Shown: positions 19,107-28,993 of the stretch, one piece after another
Layout: each line of letters starts with the position of its first letter
How positions within the stretch are numbered: the first letter of the stretch is position 1
Origin: an uncultured Verrucomicrobiota bacterium
Lineage (GTDB): Bacteria > Verrucomicrobiota > Verrucomicrobiia > Limisphaerales > UBA8199
Assembly (NCBI GenBank): GCA_964507045.1
Contig: CAZDOO010000023.1
Span: forward strand, 703 to 64,702
Length of the DNA: 64,000 nucleotides
Direction of reading: 5' to 3'
Notes under the pieces: generated by a model
The model's database searches: none
What the model was told of the DNA's origin: nothing
The model's input: the letters and a program-made list of their open reading frames with translations, nothing else
Position numbers and translations under genes: made by a program

Positions 19107-19550
19107 CTACGCCGCCTGGCGCCGCATCCAGTTCTTTCCCAGTTCGAGGAGCGTTTCCGCCTGGAGCGACTTCTCGAGCAGCGGGAACACATTCAGCTCC
19201 TCGCCCCGAAAATGCTCGCGCGAGGCGGTGATTGCGGACTTGAGCAGGCGCCGCGCCTCGGCGCACGTTTTGGCGGTGTGCACCTTGCGCAGGCGATCGT
19301 CAATTTCGTGATGCTCCTGGTGCATACGCTTGAGCTCGCCTTTGTGTGCCAGCACATGATCCAGCGCCAGGTAGGCCAGGTTGGTTTCCGTCTTGGCGTG
19401 CCCCTCCAGCAGGCCCTCCACGAGGCGGGCCATCGTGTTGATCGCCGCCGGCGTGTCCAGGCTCGGCAAGGCTCGCTCGATCTGATCAAACACGCCCAGG
19501 AAAATGGTATGCTCGGCCACCAGGGCCTCTGTAATCTTCATGATTAGCAT
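19107..19550 (-). CDS. Hemerythrin-like (HHE cation-binding) domain protein
   Basis: ATG 19550 or 19541 (MLIMKITEALVAEHTIF...). His/Glu spacing (EH..., EGH, HQEHHEID, REHFRGEE..FP) is typical of hemerythrin-like domains. Confidence 0.7.
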   Translation of the reverse strand: MLIMKITEALVAEHTIFLGVFDQIERALPSLDTPAAINTMARLVEGLLEGHAKTETNLAYLALDHVLAHKGELKRMHQEHHEIDDRLRKVHTAKTCAEARRLLKSAITASREHFRGEELNVFPLLEKSLQAETLLELGKNWMRRQAA

Positions 19551-19749
19551 TACTCTAACTGGCCGACCTTGAAGTCGCAACCGTGGAGTTGCGTGGGCGT
19601 TGCGGTCACAAGCCCGGAGGGCGAGCGGCCTTGCCGGCCAAAGTGTTCGGGATGCCCATCCTACCCAGGGCTTGGTCGGGCGGTTGACTCCGGAAGCGCA
19701 TTTTGCAACGCTGCTGCGGCCTTGCATAACAACGAAAGGTCCTAGAGCC

Positions 19750-20589
19750 GTGGAAATCAAGAAAGCTATCATCACCGCCGCTGGGCAGACGCAGCGGACC
19801 CTTCCCCTGCAAACTCTGGTGGATCGCGACGGCGCCACCAAAACCGCGCTGCGGATTCTGATCGAGGAAGTCCTGGCGGCCGGCATCGAGGAGATCTGTG
19901 TTGTCACCTGCCCGGGTGATCAGGCGGCTTATGCTGCGGCGGCAGGAGGGCAGGGGGGGCGGCTGCGCTTCGTCGAGCAGAACGCGGTGCGGGGCTACGG
20001 CCATGCGGTGTTCTGCGCGCGCGAGTTTGCCGGCGACAGCGCATTTCTGCTGCTTGTGGGTGATCACCTGTACGTCAGCGGTGGGAAGAAGCGTGCCGCG
20101 CAGCAACTGGTCGAGATCGCGGGCGCCGAGAATTGTGCCGTCTCGGCGGTGCAGGCGACGCGCGAGAGCAAGCTGCCGTATTACGGGGCGGTGGGCGGCC
20201 GGCTGGTCGCCGGGCGCAAGGGCTTGTACGAAATTTCAGAGGTGATCGAGAAGCCGACGCCCACCGAGGCCGAGCAAAGGCTGATCGTCCCCGGGCTGCG
20301 GGCGGGTCATTACCTGTGTTTCTTCGGGATGCACGTCCTCACGCCGGCGGTCATGGCCCTGCTCGGCGAGGAATTGACGCGGACGGCCAGTCGCAATGTG
20401 CATCTCTCCACCGCGCTGGCCCAACTTGCGCGGCGCGAGCGCTACCTGGCCGGCGAACTGCAGGGGCGGCGCTACGATATCGGCGTCAAGTATGGTTTGC
20501 TGACGGCGCAACTGGCGCTGGCGCTGGATGGACAGGACCGGGACGAGGTATTGAGCGGCCTGGTCGAGCTGTTGGCGCGGCGGGGCTGA
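19750..20589 (+). CDS. GalU-like sugar-1-phosphate nucleotidyltransferase with a divergent G-loop
   Basis: GTG 19750 ([21 protein letters not shown]); the track start 19600 is TTG. Overall layout is GalU-like ([30 protein letters not shown]). The canonical GxGTRxLP is replaced by GQTQRTLP. Confidence 0.7.
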   Translation: MEIKKAIITAAGQTQRTLPLQTLVDRDGATKTALRILIEEVLAAGIEEICVVTCPGDQAAYAAAAGGQGGRLRFVEQNAVRGYGHAVFCAREFAGDSAFLLLVGDHLYVSGGKKRAAQQLVEIAGAENCAVSAVQATRESKLPYYGAVGGRLVAGRKGLYEISEVIEKPTPTEAEQRLIVPGLRAGHYLCFFGMHVLTPAVMALLGEELTRTASRNVHLSTALAQLARRERYLAGELQGRRYDIGVKYGLLTAQLALALDGQDRDEVLSGLVELLARRG

Positions 20590-20598
20590 GGGAGTCGC

Positions 20599-23500
20599 AT
20601 GAGGCCGGATCTCATTGCCATCATCACCGCCGCCGAGGCCAGCCTGCGCGATCAATCGCTCGAAGCGGCGTGCGCCGGGTTATCGGCGGTTGAATTGCTG
20701 GAGCAGTGCGTGCAGTTGGACCGGTTCCGCCGAAACCGCGAGAACCTTTACGAGCGGGTGCGAGCCCTGTTCTTCCTCTATTCGATCCACCGGTTCCATT
20801 TGCCGCCAAAGCTTGAGACGGCAACACGCACCCCGCAATGCGCACCCCGCGCGCTCATTCCCTTCAAAGGCTACGAGCATCTGCTCCAGCGCCGGTTCGA
20901 GGAGGCGATTGACCATTTCCTGGCAGTGCAGCAGGCCGAAGGCCCCAGCGACGCTATCTCCAGCGCGCTGGCCTCGGCTTACCATCGGCTCGGGTTCCAA
21001 ACGCTGGCCGACCAGGTTCGCCGGAGCGTCCGCTCGGTGCGCGGCAACCAGTGGATGTTTCGCATGGGGCATCCGGCCGATCACCCGTTGCGCCTGCGGC
21101 CCGAACTGCTGCGGCGCAACCCGGATGGCGGCCACTACCCGATTCTGCGCGAATGCACACCCGTGCGCATGGACCTCACGCACTGTGGTTGGAGCGACAT
21201 CTTCTTCCTGGGCATGGACTTCCCCGAGGGGGCCAAGGTGCTTAATGTCTCGATTGACCTGGGAATACATGGGCGCGACGCCGCGCCGCGCCCGCCGGTC
21301 GAAGCTTACCTGCGCGTGATCGAAGAGCCGTTGCTCCGGTTGGTCAGCGTTGACCTGGGCGCGACGGCGAACATTACGAACCTGGCGGAGGTCTTTGACT
21401 TTGCGAAGGACTACCTGGGCCTGCTAAAGGCGGCGGTGATTGCCGCCGGCATTGTGCCGCCGGGTATTGAGGGTTCGGGCCAGAGCCTGGCCGAGTTGCT
21501 GGCCCGCGTGGTCGGGCCGGGGCGCGGACTGGAGATTGCCAGCAGCGTGAACAATATTCCCAAGGGCTCGCGGCTGGCGGTTTCGACGACGCTGCTGGCT
21601 GCGCTGGTCAGCGTGTGCATGCGGGCCACGGGCCAGGCGGCCTCGCTCACGGGCCAGTTGCAGGAGCACGAACGCCGGCTGGTGCTGGCGCGGGCGCTGC
21701 TCGGCGAATGGCTCGGCGGTTCGGGCGGCGGCTGGCAGGACTCGGGCGGCGTCTGGCCGGGAATGAAGCTGATTGAAGGCGTGCTGGCGGGCGAAGGCGA
21801 CCCGGAGTTCGGTGTCAGCCGGGGCCGGCTCATGCCGCAGCATCGCATTCTCGATCAGAAGGACGCTTCGCCGCAGACGCGCCGCAAACTTCAGGACAGC
21901 CTGGTGCTGGTCCACGGCGGCATGGCGCAGAATGTGGGGCCGATTCTGGAGATGGTCACGGAGAAGTATCTCCTGCGCTGCGACGCGGAATGGAAAGCGC
22001 GCCAGAGCATGTTGGGGATACTCAACGAGATACTCTCCGCCTTGCAAAGCGGCGACGTGCCCCGGATCGGCGCCGCGACCACCCGGAACTTCCAGCAGCC
22101 CATTCAAGCCATTATCCCTTGGGCTACAAATTACTTCACCGAGACCGTGATCCAGCGTGTGCGCGCAGAGTTCGGAGACGGCTTCTGGGGCTTCTGGATG
22201 CTGGGCGGCATGTCCGGGGGCGGGATGGGGTTCATCTTTGCGCCGGAGCGGAAAGCGCGCGCGCAAGAGCGCCTGCAGGAGATTATGTCCGCCACCAAGC
22301 GGGAGCTTCAGAACGCGTTGCCATTTGCCATGGAGCCCGTGGTGTATGATTTCGCCATCAACGAGCGGGGCACAGTCGCCGAGCTGCTGGCGGGCGCCGC
22401 CGCGCTGATGCCGCCGGCCTATTACGCGCTGGTTGCGCCGCCGCTGCTGCGCCAAGACCGCCAGGCACTCTCGCCGCTGCGGCGCGCGGAACTGGACCAG
22501 TTCGGCGCCGCCTGCCGCAACCGGCCGGAGTTGCGCGGGATGGTGCAGACATTGTTTGATGTCATGCTGCCGCGCGGGAAGGCGGAATCCGCGGCCGACC
22601 AATCCCTGGCGGCACTGCTCGAAGCGCACGGCTTTGACCGTGTGCAACATGAACAAATCCGCACCGATCTGAAGGAGGGCCGCATTGGCCTAGCCCAAAA
22701 CCGCCTGCCGGCCAGCGCGGTCATCGAGGACGTGCGGGAGGGCGATGTTGCCGATCTCTCGAAGCTGCCGGCTGAGGCTGCGGACCTGGCCTTGGTTGGC
22801 CGCGCCGCATTGAAGAATGGTGAGCTGGCCGTAGTGTCACTGGCCGCTGGGGCCGGCAGCCGCTGGACGCAGGGCGCTGGCGTGGTGAAGGCTCTTCATC
22901 CCTTCTGCAAAATGGCCGGGCACCACCGCACGTTCATGGAGGTGCACCTGGCCAAGAGCCGGCGCGTTTCGCGGCAGGTCGGCGCCGCTATCCCGCACAT
23001 CTTCACCACCAGTTACCTAACCCACGCGCCGACCGAGGAGTTCCTCGCGCGGCAGAACCATTACGGTTACGAAGGGCCGCTGTACCTGTCGCCCGGCAAG
23101 TCAGTTGGCCTCCGCATGATCCCGACCGTGCGGGACCTGCGCTTCGTCTGGGAGGAAATGCCACAGCAAATTCTGGACGAGCAGCAGCAGAAGGTGCGCG
23201 ACAGCCTGCGCCACGCGCTCACCAACTGGGCCCACACCACCGGTGAGGCCGGCGACTACACCGATAACCTGCCGCTGCAATGCCTGCATCCCGTCGGCCA
23301 TTGGTATGAAGTGCCGAACCTGCTTCGCAACGGTGTGCTGGCCCGGCTGCTGGCAGAGCGCCCAGGCTTGAAATACCTGCTGCTGCATAACATTGACACG
23401 CTCGGGGCGGATGCGGATCCCGCCTTGCTGGGCTGGCACATTCGCAGCGGGGCGTGCCTCACCTTCGAAGTCATTACCCGCCGGCTGGAAGACCGCGGCG

Positions 23501-23952
23501 GTGGCCTGGCGCGCGTCAACGGCCAGGTCCGCCTGGTCGAGGGACTGGCCATGCCGCGCGAAGAAGCCGAGTTCGCCCTGAGCTACTACAACTCGAACAC
23601 GTGCTGGATTCACCTCGACAAGCTGCTCGCCGCCTTCGCTCTTACCCGCGCTGATTTGACAGACGGTGAGAAAGTCACCGCCGCCATCCGCAGCCTCGGG
23701 GCGAAGATGCCCACCTACATCACGCTGAAGGACGTGAAGAAGCGCTGGGGCCACGGGCAGGAGGACATCTTCCCGGTGACCCAATTTGAGAAGCTGTGGG
23801 TGGACATGACGGCGCTGCCGGAGTTGGAGTCGCGCTTCGTGGTGGTGCCGCGCCTGCGGGGCCAGCAACTCAAGGACCAGGCGCAGCTCGATGGCTGGCT
23901 GCGCGACGGCTCGGCGGCGTATGTCGAGAGCCGGTGCGAGTTCCAGGCTTGA
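20599..23952 (+). CDS. 1117-aa multidomain protein: unknown N-terminal region + fucokinase-type GHMP-kinase-like domain + UDPGP (UDP-sugar pyrophosphorylase)-like domain
   Basis: ATG lies 10 nt after the GalU-like stop. GHMP motif II is degenerate ([16 protein letters not shown]). [18 protein letters not shown] is a fucokinase-type GGGWQDQ motif. [17 protein letters not shown] is GHMP motif III. C-terminal [15 protein letters not shown] ... [12 protein letters not shown] resembles UDPGP. Confidence 0.8.
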   Translation: MRPDLIAIITAAEASLRDQSLEAACAGLSAVELLEQCVQLDRFRRNRENLYERVRALFFLYSIHRFHLPPKLETATRTPQCAPRALIPFKGYEHLLQRRFEEAIDHFLAVQQAEGPSDAISSALASAYHRLGFQTLADQVRRSVRSVRGNQWMFRMGHPADHPLRLRPELLRRNPDGGHYPILRECTPVRMDLTHCGWSDIFFLGMDFPEGAKVLNVSIDLGIHGRDAAPRPPVEAYLRVIEEPLLRLVSVDLGATANITNLAEVFDFAKDYLGLLKAAVIAAGIVPPGIEGSGQSLAELLARVVGPGRGLEIASSVNNIPKGSRLAVSTTLLAALVSVCMRATGQAASLTGQLQEHERRLVLARALLGEWLGGSGGGWQDSGGVWPGMKLIEGVLAGEGDPEFGVSRGRLMPQHRILDQKDASPQTRRKLQDSLVLVHGGMAQNVGPILEMVTEKYLLRCDAEWKARQSMLGILNEILSALQSGDVPRIGAATTRNFQQPIQAIIPWATNYFTETVIQRVRAEFGDGFWGFWMLGGMSGGGMGFIFAPERKARAQERLQEIMSATKRELQNALPFAMEPVVYDFAINERGTVAELLAGAAALMPPAYYALVAPPLLRQDRQALSPLRRAELDQFGAACRNRPELRGMVQTLFDVMLPRGKAESAADQSLAALLEAHGFDRVQHEQIRTDLKEGRIGLAQNRLPASAVIEDVREGDVADLSKLPAEAADLALVGRAALKNGELAVVSLAAGAGSRWTQGAGVVKALHPFCKMAGHHRTFMEVHLAKSRRVSRQVGAAIPHIFTTSYLTHAPTEEFLARQNHYGYEGPLYLSPGKSVGLRMIPTVRDLRFVWEEMPQQILDEQQQKVRDSLRHALTNWAHTTGEAGDYTDNLPLQCLHPVGHWYEVPNLLRNGVLARLLAERPGLKYLLLHNIDTLGADADPALLGWHIRSGACLTFEVITRRLEDRGGGLARVNGQVRLVEGLAMPREEAEFALSYYNSNTCWIHLDKLLAAFALTRADLTDGEKVTAAIRSLGAKMPTYITLKDVKKRWGHGQEDIFPVTQFEKLWVDMTALPELESRFVVVPRLRGQQLKDQAQLDGWLRDGSAAYVESRCEFQA

Positions 23953-23973
23953 GATTGAACGCGGCCGCGCCAG

Positions 23974-25242
23974 CTATTTGGCTGTGCCCTTCGTATCCGC
24001 GAGCCGCCACTCCGAATCCTGTCGCAGGTAAACCGTCTGCGTCGGGAAGGCAAAGCTGATTCCCTCCGCGTCGAAGCGCCGTTTTAGCTCCAGGTTAAAC
24101 TGCTGGAACCCGAGCGCGTATTCATTGAAATCAGTGGACTTCCACCAATGTACGACCTGGATGTTCAGGGACGAACTCTCGAACTTGTTGAAGCAGATAA
24201 GCAGGTCGGCGGTTTTCGGGTGCGGACGGAGAATCTCGTCCAGGATTTGCACGGCGCGTTCCACACGCTCGGCTGGGGTGTCGTAGGTCAGGCCGATGTT
24301 CAACACCGTCTTGATCTTGGCACGCTTACTCACGTTCACGATGTTGGCGTTGGCGATGGTCCGGTTAGGGATTGTCACAAGGTGCCCGTCGAGGTTCCGC
24401 ACGCGGGTGCTGCGCAGGCCAATGGACTCGACTGTGCCATCCACAGTGTCCAGCTGGATGCGGTCGCCGACGCGGAATGGCTTGTCCGCGAAGATGGCCA
24501 CGGCGCCGAACAGGTTGGACAGGGTGTCCTGGGCGGCCAGGCCGACGGCCAAGCCGCCGATGGACAGGGATGCGAGCAGGCCGGTGACATTCATGCCCAG
24601 GTTCTGGGAAGTCACCAGCACCGCGACCACCAGCACGAAGATCTTCAGGGTCTTCCTGATGATGGGGAACAACTGGTGGTCCACGACGCCTTCCTGGGCC
24701 GCCGCTCGCTGTTGCCACAAGCCGGTCAGCAAGTCCACGAACTTGACCGCAATGTAGGTCAGCGAGCAGGCCACAACGATCTTGAGGCCGTTGGAGATGA
24801 AACGGGAGGTCCATTCCGGCCAGTCGAACAGCCGCAACCCGATGTGCAGAAACACCACGAAGGCGATCACCTTGACCGGTCCCCGGAGCAGTTCCAGGAG
24901 CAAGTCGTCGAGCTGGGTTTCCGTCTTGGCGGCCCAGCGCTTCAACTGTTTCTGGATGACCCAGTCCAACAGCTTCGCCACATAGAACGCCAGCACCACA
25001 TAAACAAGGAAGGACAGGTATTGCCAGACCGGGTTGCCGAACGCCTCCGTGCCCAAGCCGGGCACCCGATCCAGCCCGAAAGTCAGCCAGACGTGGTTGC
25101 CCGCTTTTTCCGCCTTCGCCGGCTCTGCGGCGCCCAGCGGCATCTGCCGCAACGCCAAAGCGGCAGCCGCCAGGCTGGCCCGCCTGCCGATCCAATACTG
25201 TGCCAATCTTATGTCCCGTTTCATGCGGCCATTACTATTCAT
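23974..25242 (-). CDS. Mechanosensitive ion channel (MscS family)
   Basis: ATG 25242 (or 25224). TM helices are followed by FADKPFRVGDRIQLDTVDGTVESIGLRSTRVRNLDGHLVTIPN. The upstream part of track ORF 23974..25491 runs into the MITE. Confidence 0.85.
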   Translation of the reverse strand: MNSNGRMKRDIRLAQYWIGRRASLAAAALALRQMPLGAAEPAKAEKAGNHVWLTFGLDRVPGLGTEAFGNPVWQYLSFLVYVVLAFYVAKLLDWVIQKQLKRWAAKTETQLDDLLLELLRGPVKVIAFVVFLHIGLRLFDWPEWTSRFISNGLKIVVACSLTYIAVKFVDLLTGLWQQRAAAQEGVVDHQLFPIIRKTLKIFVLVVAVLVTSQNLGMNVTGLLASLSIGGLAVGLAAQDTLSNLFGAVAIFADKPFRVGDRIQLDTVDGTVESIGLRSTRVRNLDGHLVTIPNRTIANANIVNVSKRAKIKTVLNIGLTYDTPAERVERAVQILDEILRPHPKTADLLICFNKFESSSLNIQVVHWWKSTDFNEYALGFQQFNLELKRRFDAEGISFAFPTQTVYLRQDSEWRLADTKGTAK

Positions 25243-25294
25243 ACCCGGGCTCGCGGGCAAGTCTCTTGAGGAGCGGGCGACTTGCCTGCTGCCG

Positions 25295-25710
25295 TCGGCG
25301 CAGCTCGCTTTCCTGCCAGGGGAGGGGTGGGGCGCCGGCATTCTGGTCGGCCACCGGGTCAACTCCTGGCCGGGCCGACCGGCATATAGGCGTTTGTTAC
25401 AGGCCGAGCCGCACGCCACACCACTCGAGGGCCGGGTTCGGCTCCCGGTCCGGATGGCCCAAAAGCCCAGTAACATCCCGATCCGGGCCATAATCCGCTC
25501 TCCCCTGGCCTAGCTCACCGTCTCCTCACCGTCACCCCTCCCTAGCACCTCTCATAATTTATGAGAGGTGCTAGGGAGGGGTGACGGTGAGGAGACGGAG
25601 GGGTGACGGTGGGGGGCTGGAGCAGGGGGTCCCGGCCGAACCGGGGGGGTGTCGGGTGGCGCCGCGCAGAAGGGGCGCAGCCCGGCTTGTTACAGGAAAG
25701 TGAGATGCGT
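25295..25710 (+). mobile_element. MITE-like non-autonomous element, copy 2 (416 bp)
   Basis: Degenerate TIRs: 25298-25313 is GCGCAGCTCGCTTTCC, and the reverse complement of 25695-25710 is ACGCATCTCACTTTCC. It is flanked by direct CCTGCTGCCG at 25285-25294 and 25711-25720. It is collinear with the reverse complement of 11142-11559. Confidence 0.75.
25518..25598. repeat. Perfect 81-nt palindrome (40-bp arms, 1-nt centre) at the core of MITE copy 2
   Basis: I paired the arms base by base: 25518-25557 pair with 25559-25598 around T25558. Confidence 0.9.
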
Positions 25711-25756
25711 CCTGCTGCCGCCTCAGCCCATCCGGACTTGAATTCTCGCGCCATCC

Positions 25757-26998
25757 GTGTGTTCTTGGCGGGTGCTCAGAACGCTGCGCAAGGCCGAGTA
25801 TGCGGAATTGGTGACGCTCTTCTTTCTCCAGGGAGCGGCGCTGGGCATGTGGCTGGTACCGCTGAGCACCGTGCTCGATGCGCACGGGTTGCACGCCATC
25901 AAGCCGCTTGCCTTTGCCGCCACGGCGGTGGCGGCGTTCATCTCACCGCTGATTTTTGGCGCCATGGCCGATCGCCATGCTTCGCCGGTGAAAGTGCTGC
26001 GCGGCCTGTCGCTGGCCACGGCCGCCGCCATGGCCCTGGCCAGCACCAGCATCAAGCTGGGGTGGAATCCCTGGCTGGTGCTGGCGCTGATTCAAGTGCA
26101 CGCGCTCTGCTCGGCGCCGACTTTCAGCATTGCCTCGGCGATCATTTTTGCGCGGCTGGCGGATGCCCAGGAGGAGTTCGGACCGATTCGCGCCATGGCA
26201 ACGCTGGGCTGGATGGCCGGGTGCTGGCTGGTCAGCGGGCTGGGCGCGGACACGTCGCCCCTGGCCGGATACAGCGGAGCGGTGATGTGGTGTGTGGGGG
26301 CCGGATTCACATTCTTCCTGCCCGAATTGGAAACGCCTCCGTCTGCCGAGCACCTGACCTGGCACGAGCGCCTGGGGCTGGACGCACTCCGGCTTCTGCG
26401 AAATCCCGACCACCGGGTCGTGTTCATCACCTGCGCCCTGCTCAGCATTCCGCTGTCGGGCTTTTATCCGTATGCGCCGCCGCACCTGCGCGCGCTGGGG
26501 CTGAAGCACACCAGCGCGTGGATGACCCTCGGGCAGGTCTCGGAGATTGTCGCCATGTTCAGCTTGGGCGCGCTGCTGCTGAAGTGGCGGCTGAAATGGA
26601 TGTTTGCCTGCGGGCTGTGCTTTGGCGTGCTACGTTTTGCGCTGAGCGCGATGAACGGCAAGTGGTGGGTGTTAAGCGGGGTGCTGCTGCACGGGTGCTC
26701 GTTTACGCTCGTTCTGGTTACGGCGCAGATTTACCTGGAGCAGCGGGTGGATGCCGCGTGGCGGGCCCGGGCGCAAGCCTTATTCACGTTGATGACGAGT
26801 GGCGTGGGCAACCTGCTGGGCTACCTCGGCACCGGCTGGTGGTTCAGTGCCAACACGCAATCGTCCACGACGCAGTGGTCTGTTTTTTGGGGCGGGCTGG
26901 CGGGCATGGCCGCCCTGGTGATGGCCTACTTTCTCGTCGCCTATCACGGAATAGGCTCGGGATTACTGCGGGCAAAGTCAGACCGGCCGGCGGTCTGA
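25757..26998 (+). CDS. MFS transporter (nucleoside:H+ symporter-like)
   Basis: 413 aa with GTG start. About 12 hydrophobic segments. GAMADR-type loop after TM2. Confidence 0.75.
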   Translation: MCSWRVLRTLRKAEYAELVTLFFLQGAALGMWLVPLSTVLDAHGLHAIKPLAFAATAVAAFISPLIFGAMADRHASPVKVLRGLSLATAAAMALASTSIKLGWNPWLVLALIQVHALCSAPTFSIASAIIFARLADAQEEFGPIRAMATLGWMAGCWLVSGLGADTSPLAGYSGAVMWCVGAGFTFFLPELETPPSAEHLTWHERLGLDALRLLRNPDHRVVFITCALLSIPLSGFYPYAPPHLRALGLKHTSAWMTLGQVSEIVAMFSLGALLLKWRLKWMFACGLCFGVLRFALSAMNGKWWVLSGVLLHGCSFTLVLVTAQIYLEQRVDAAWRARAQALFTLMTSGVGNLLGYLGTGWWFSANTQSSTTQWSVFWGGLAGMAALVMAYFLVAYHGIGSGLLRAKSDRPAV

Positions 26999-27016
26999 AT
27001 CCCGGCCCGCCGCGCC

Positions 27017-28540
27017 TTATTTCTGAATCTTCCGCAAGTCGAAGCCTGGTGGCCGTTCGTAGGCTGGTATCACGGCGGCGACCGAATCCAGGCCAAGATA
27101 ATAGCCGGCGGACTGGTCAGCCTTGCCGACGCATTCGAGGCGCAGGACGTGGGGTCCAGCGGCCAGCGGGCGCACCCCCCAATGGTCGGCCTGCCGTTTG
27201 ATGGCCGAGTCATAGAGGTTTACGACGGCCAGTTCCGCGCCATCGAGGGTCACCCGGTAGATGCCGTAATCGGGAGCGTGAATGAACTTGCCCCATAGAT
27301 GCGCAGTGGCGGCTTTGTCCACTGTGAATGGGATTTCCAACCAGCCTTTATCATCGCCGGGCGTGAAGAACAGTTGTTTGCCCTCTTTGGCCGTGCCCGG
27401 CAGCTCCTGCACCTGAATCGGGTGGTCGGAGTGTCTGGCTGTCGCCACCGCTTTCCAGCCGGTGATCAATTGCAACGTCTGCTCGGCCAGCCGCGCCGGT
27501 CCGGGTGGCAGCGCCGGCCAAGGTTTGTGCGGCTCGGTTTGGTACCAGAACGCGACCGAGGACATGAGATCGTCGCGCTCGATGAATCCGCTGCCCGACT
27601 TATCCGGAAACTCTTGGGAACCCTTGTGTTCGATCTCCACGCGCAGGGATTTCTTGAACGGCACGGGGTCGGGAAGGTGGAAGCGGTAAACCGAGCCGCG
27701 ATTGCCGGGCGCATACCCTTCCCACAGCGGCACGCCGTAGAAGGGGCCGTCATGCGGGCGGAAGCCCCAGCCATCGCAGAAATAGTCCTCCGTGCCCGTG
27801 CCGCGCAGGCGCGGCTCAACTTCGCCATCAATGAAGAAGAAGTCGTCGCCCTCGCCATACCAGCCGCCAGACATGTTCTGGACGCTCTGCACGGTGCCTA
27901 CGTAATGACCACGGCCTTCGAGGTCGGCAAGCAGGTAGTTGCGGCCCATCACGCAGGGATATTCCTGACGGTACATGGCATGGAAGTACGCGGTGCTCTT
28001 CGGCAGCGACTTATACTGCTGCCAGTCGAGGTAGTAGTAGAAGGCGTCGCACCGCTTGTCGCTGTCGTTGGTGACGGTGATGCGGGCCGACTTGCGGAAG
28101 GGCATGGGCCAATAGCAGTTCCGCCCGCGGCCATCCGAGGAGACCTTGATGGGCAGCGAGACGAAGGGTTTGTCCAGCCCGTGGCCGATGCCGAAGAAGT
28201 CGCCAATCGGGCACTCGACGCTGGGGTGCTTCTCGCCGTCCCAGTAAATCCGCAGCGTCATCAGTCGTGAGTAGAACGGCGCCGGGTGCGCGATGGTGTT
28301 CCAGAAATGGGTGATCATGCCCGGGCCTTTCAGGTCCGCCAGCACCAGCGTCGCGCCGGGCTCGATGGGACGCCAGTCATCGTTCCCGTTGCGCCAGTCG
28401 GCGGCGGACGACGAGGCCCGCATCGCCTCGAAGTCTTTCAGTTTCTCCAGCCCCGCGAGCGGGTTGCCGGGTGAGAGTTGCGCCAGTGCCTGCGCGCACA
28501 GACCGAGCGTGAGTCCGAAGGTGAGGAAACGTGTGTTCAT
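27017..28540 (-). CDS. Secreted DUF2961 / GH172-family glycoside hydrolase-like protein
   Basis: ATG 28540 gives signal peptide MNTRFLTFGLTLGLCAQALA. Motifs are GPGMITHFW, RIYWDGE, CYWPMPF and GTGTEDYF. Confidence 0.85.
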   Translation of the reverse strand: MNTRFLTFGLTLGLCAQALAQLSPGNPLAGLEKLKDFEAMRASSSAADWRNGNDDWRPIEPGATLVLADLKGPGMITHFWNTIAHPAPFYSRLMTLRIYWDGEKHPSVECPIGDFFGIGHGLDKPFVSLPIKVSSDGRGRNCYWPMPFRKSARITVTNDSDKRCDAFYYYLDWQQYKSLPKSTAYFHAMYRQEYPCVMGRNYLLADLEGRGHYVGTVQSVQNMSGGWYGEGDDFFFIDGEVEPRLRGTGTEDYFCDGWGFRPHDGPFYGVPLWEGYAPGNRGSVYRFHLPDPVPFKKSLRVEIEHKGSQEFPDKSGSGFIERDDLMSSVAFWYQTEPHKPWPALPPGPARLAEQTLQLITGWKAVATARHSDHPIQVQELPGTAKEGKQLFFTPGDDKGWLEIPFTVDKAATAHLWGKFIHAPDYGIYRVTLDGAELAVVNLYDSAIKRQADHWGVRPLAAGPHVLRLECVGKADQSAGYYLGLDSVAAVIPAYERPPGFDLRKIQK

Positions 28541-28678
28541 GGCGATGTGGTTGTGCGAGTTAACTCTGTTTGGTTTTGAGGGGCATATACAAGGTTTCGG
28601 GAGCGGATGCAACGGGCTAGTTGGATGGGAATGGAGTGACACGAGCTGCCTATCGCTTAAAACGGGATTGAACGACTT

Positions 28679-28993
28679 ATGAACGCCGTGGCCGCATCGG
28701 AGGAGCAGATCAACCGTGATCAGCGCATGACGGGCGAGCAGCGCTTGGCCGTGGCGTTGGAACTGCACGAGTTATCCTGTGACGTGGCCCGTGAAGGCCT
28801 CCGCCGCCAGCAGCCCGGCGCTGACGCCAACGAAGTCGAACGCCTGCTGACCGGCGGCATCAAACCCAAGGCGATCGGAGGATTTTGCTGGTCCGCAATA
28901 CCATCACCTCGCTACGCTGCCGGGCAGCCTTATGAATACCGAGCAACTCTACCAGCAGCGCTTCAATCGGTACATCACCGCCCTGCGCAATGA
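28679..28993 (+). pseudogene. Small ORF, probably a 3'-truncated remnant of a small helical protein
   Basis: The N-terminal 57 aa look protein-like (MTGEQRLAVALELHELSCDVAREGLRRQQPGADANEVERLL). The tail is low-complexity and overlaps the next gene's start (28932) by 62 nt. Confidence 0.3.

Noticed and set aside
25603-27201. 532-aa plus-strand ORF
   Set aside because: It is an alternative frame of the MFS transporter gene. It is Arg/Gly/Ala-rich with no hydrophobic periodicity.
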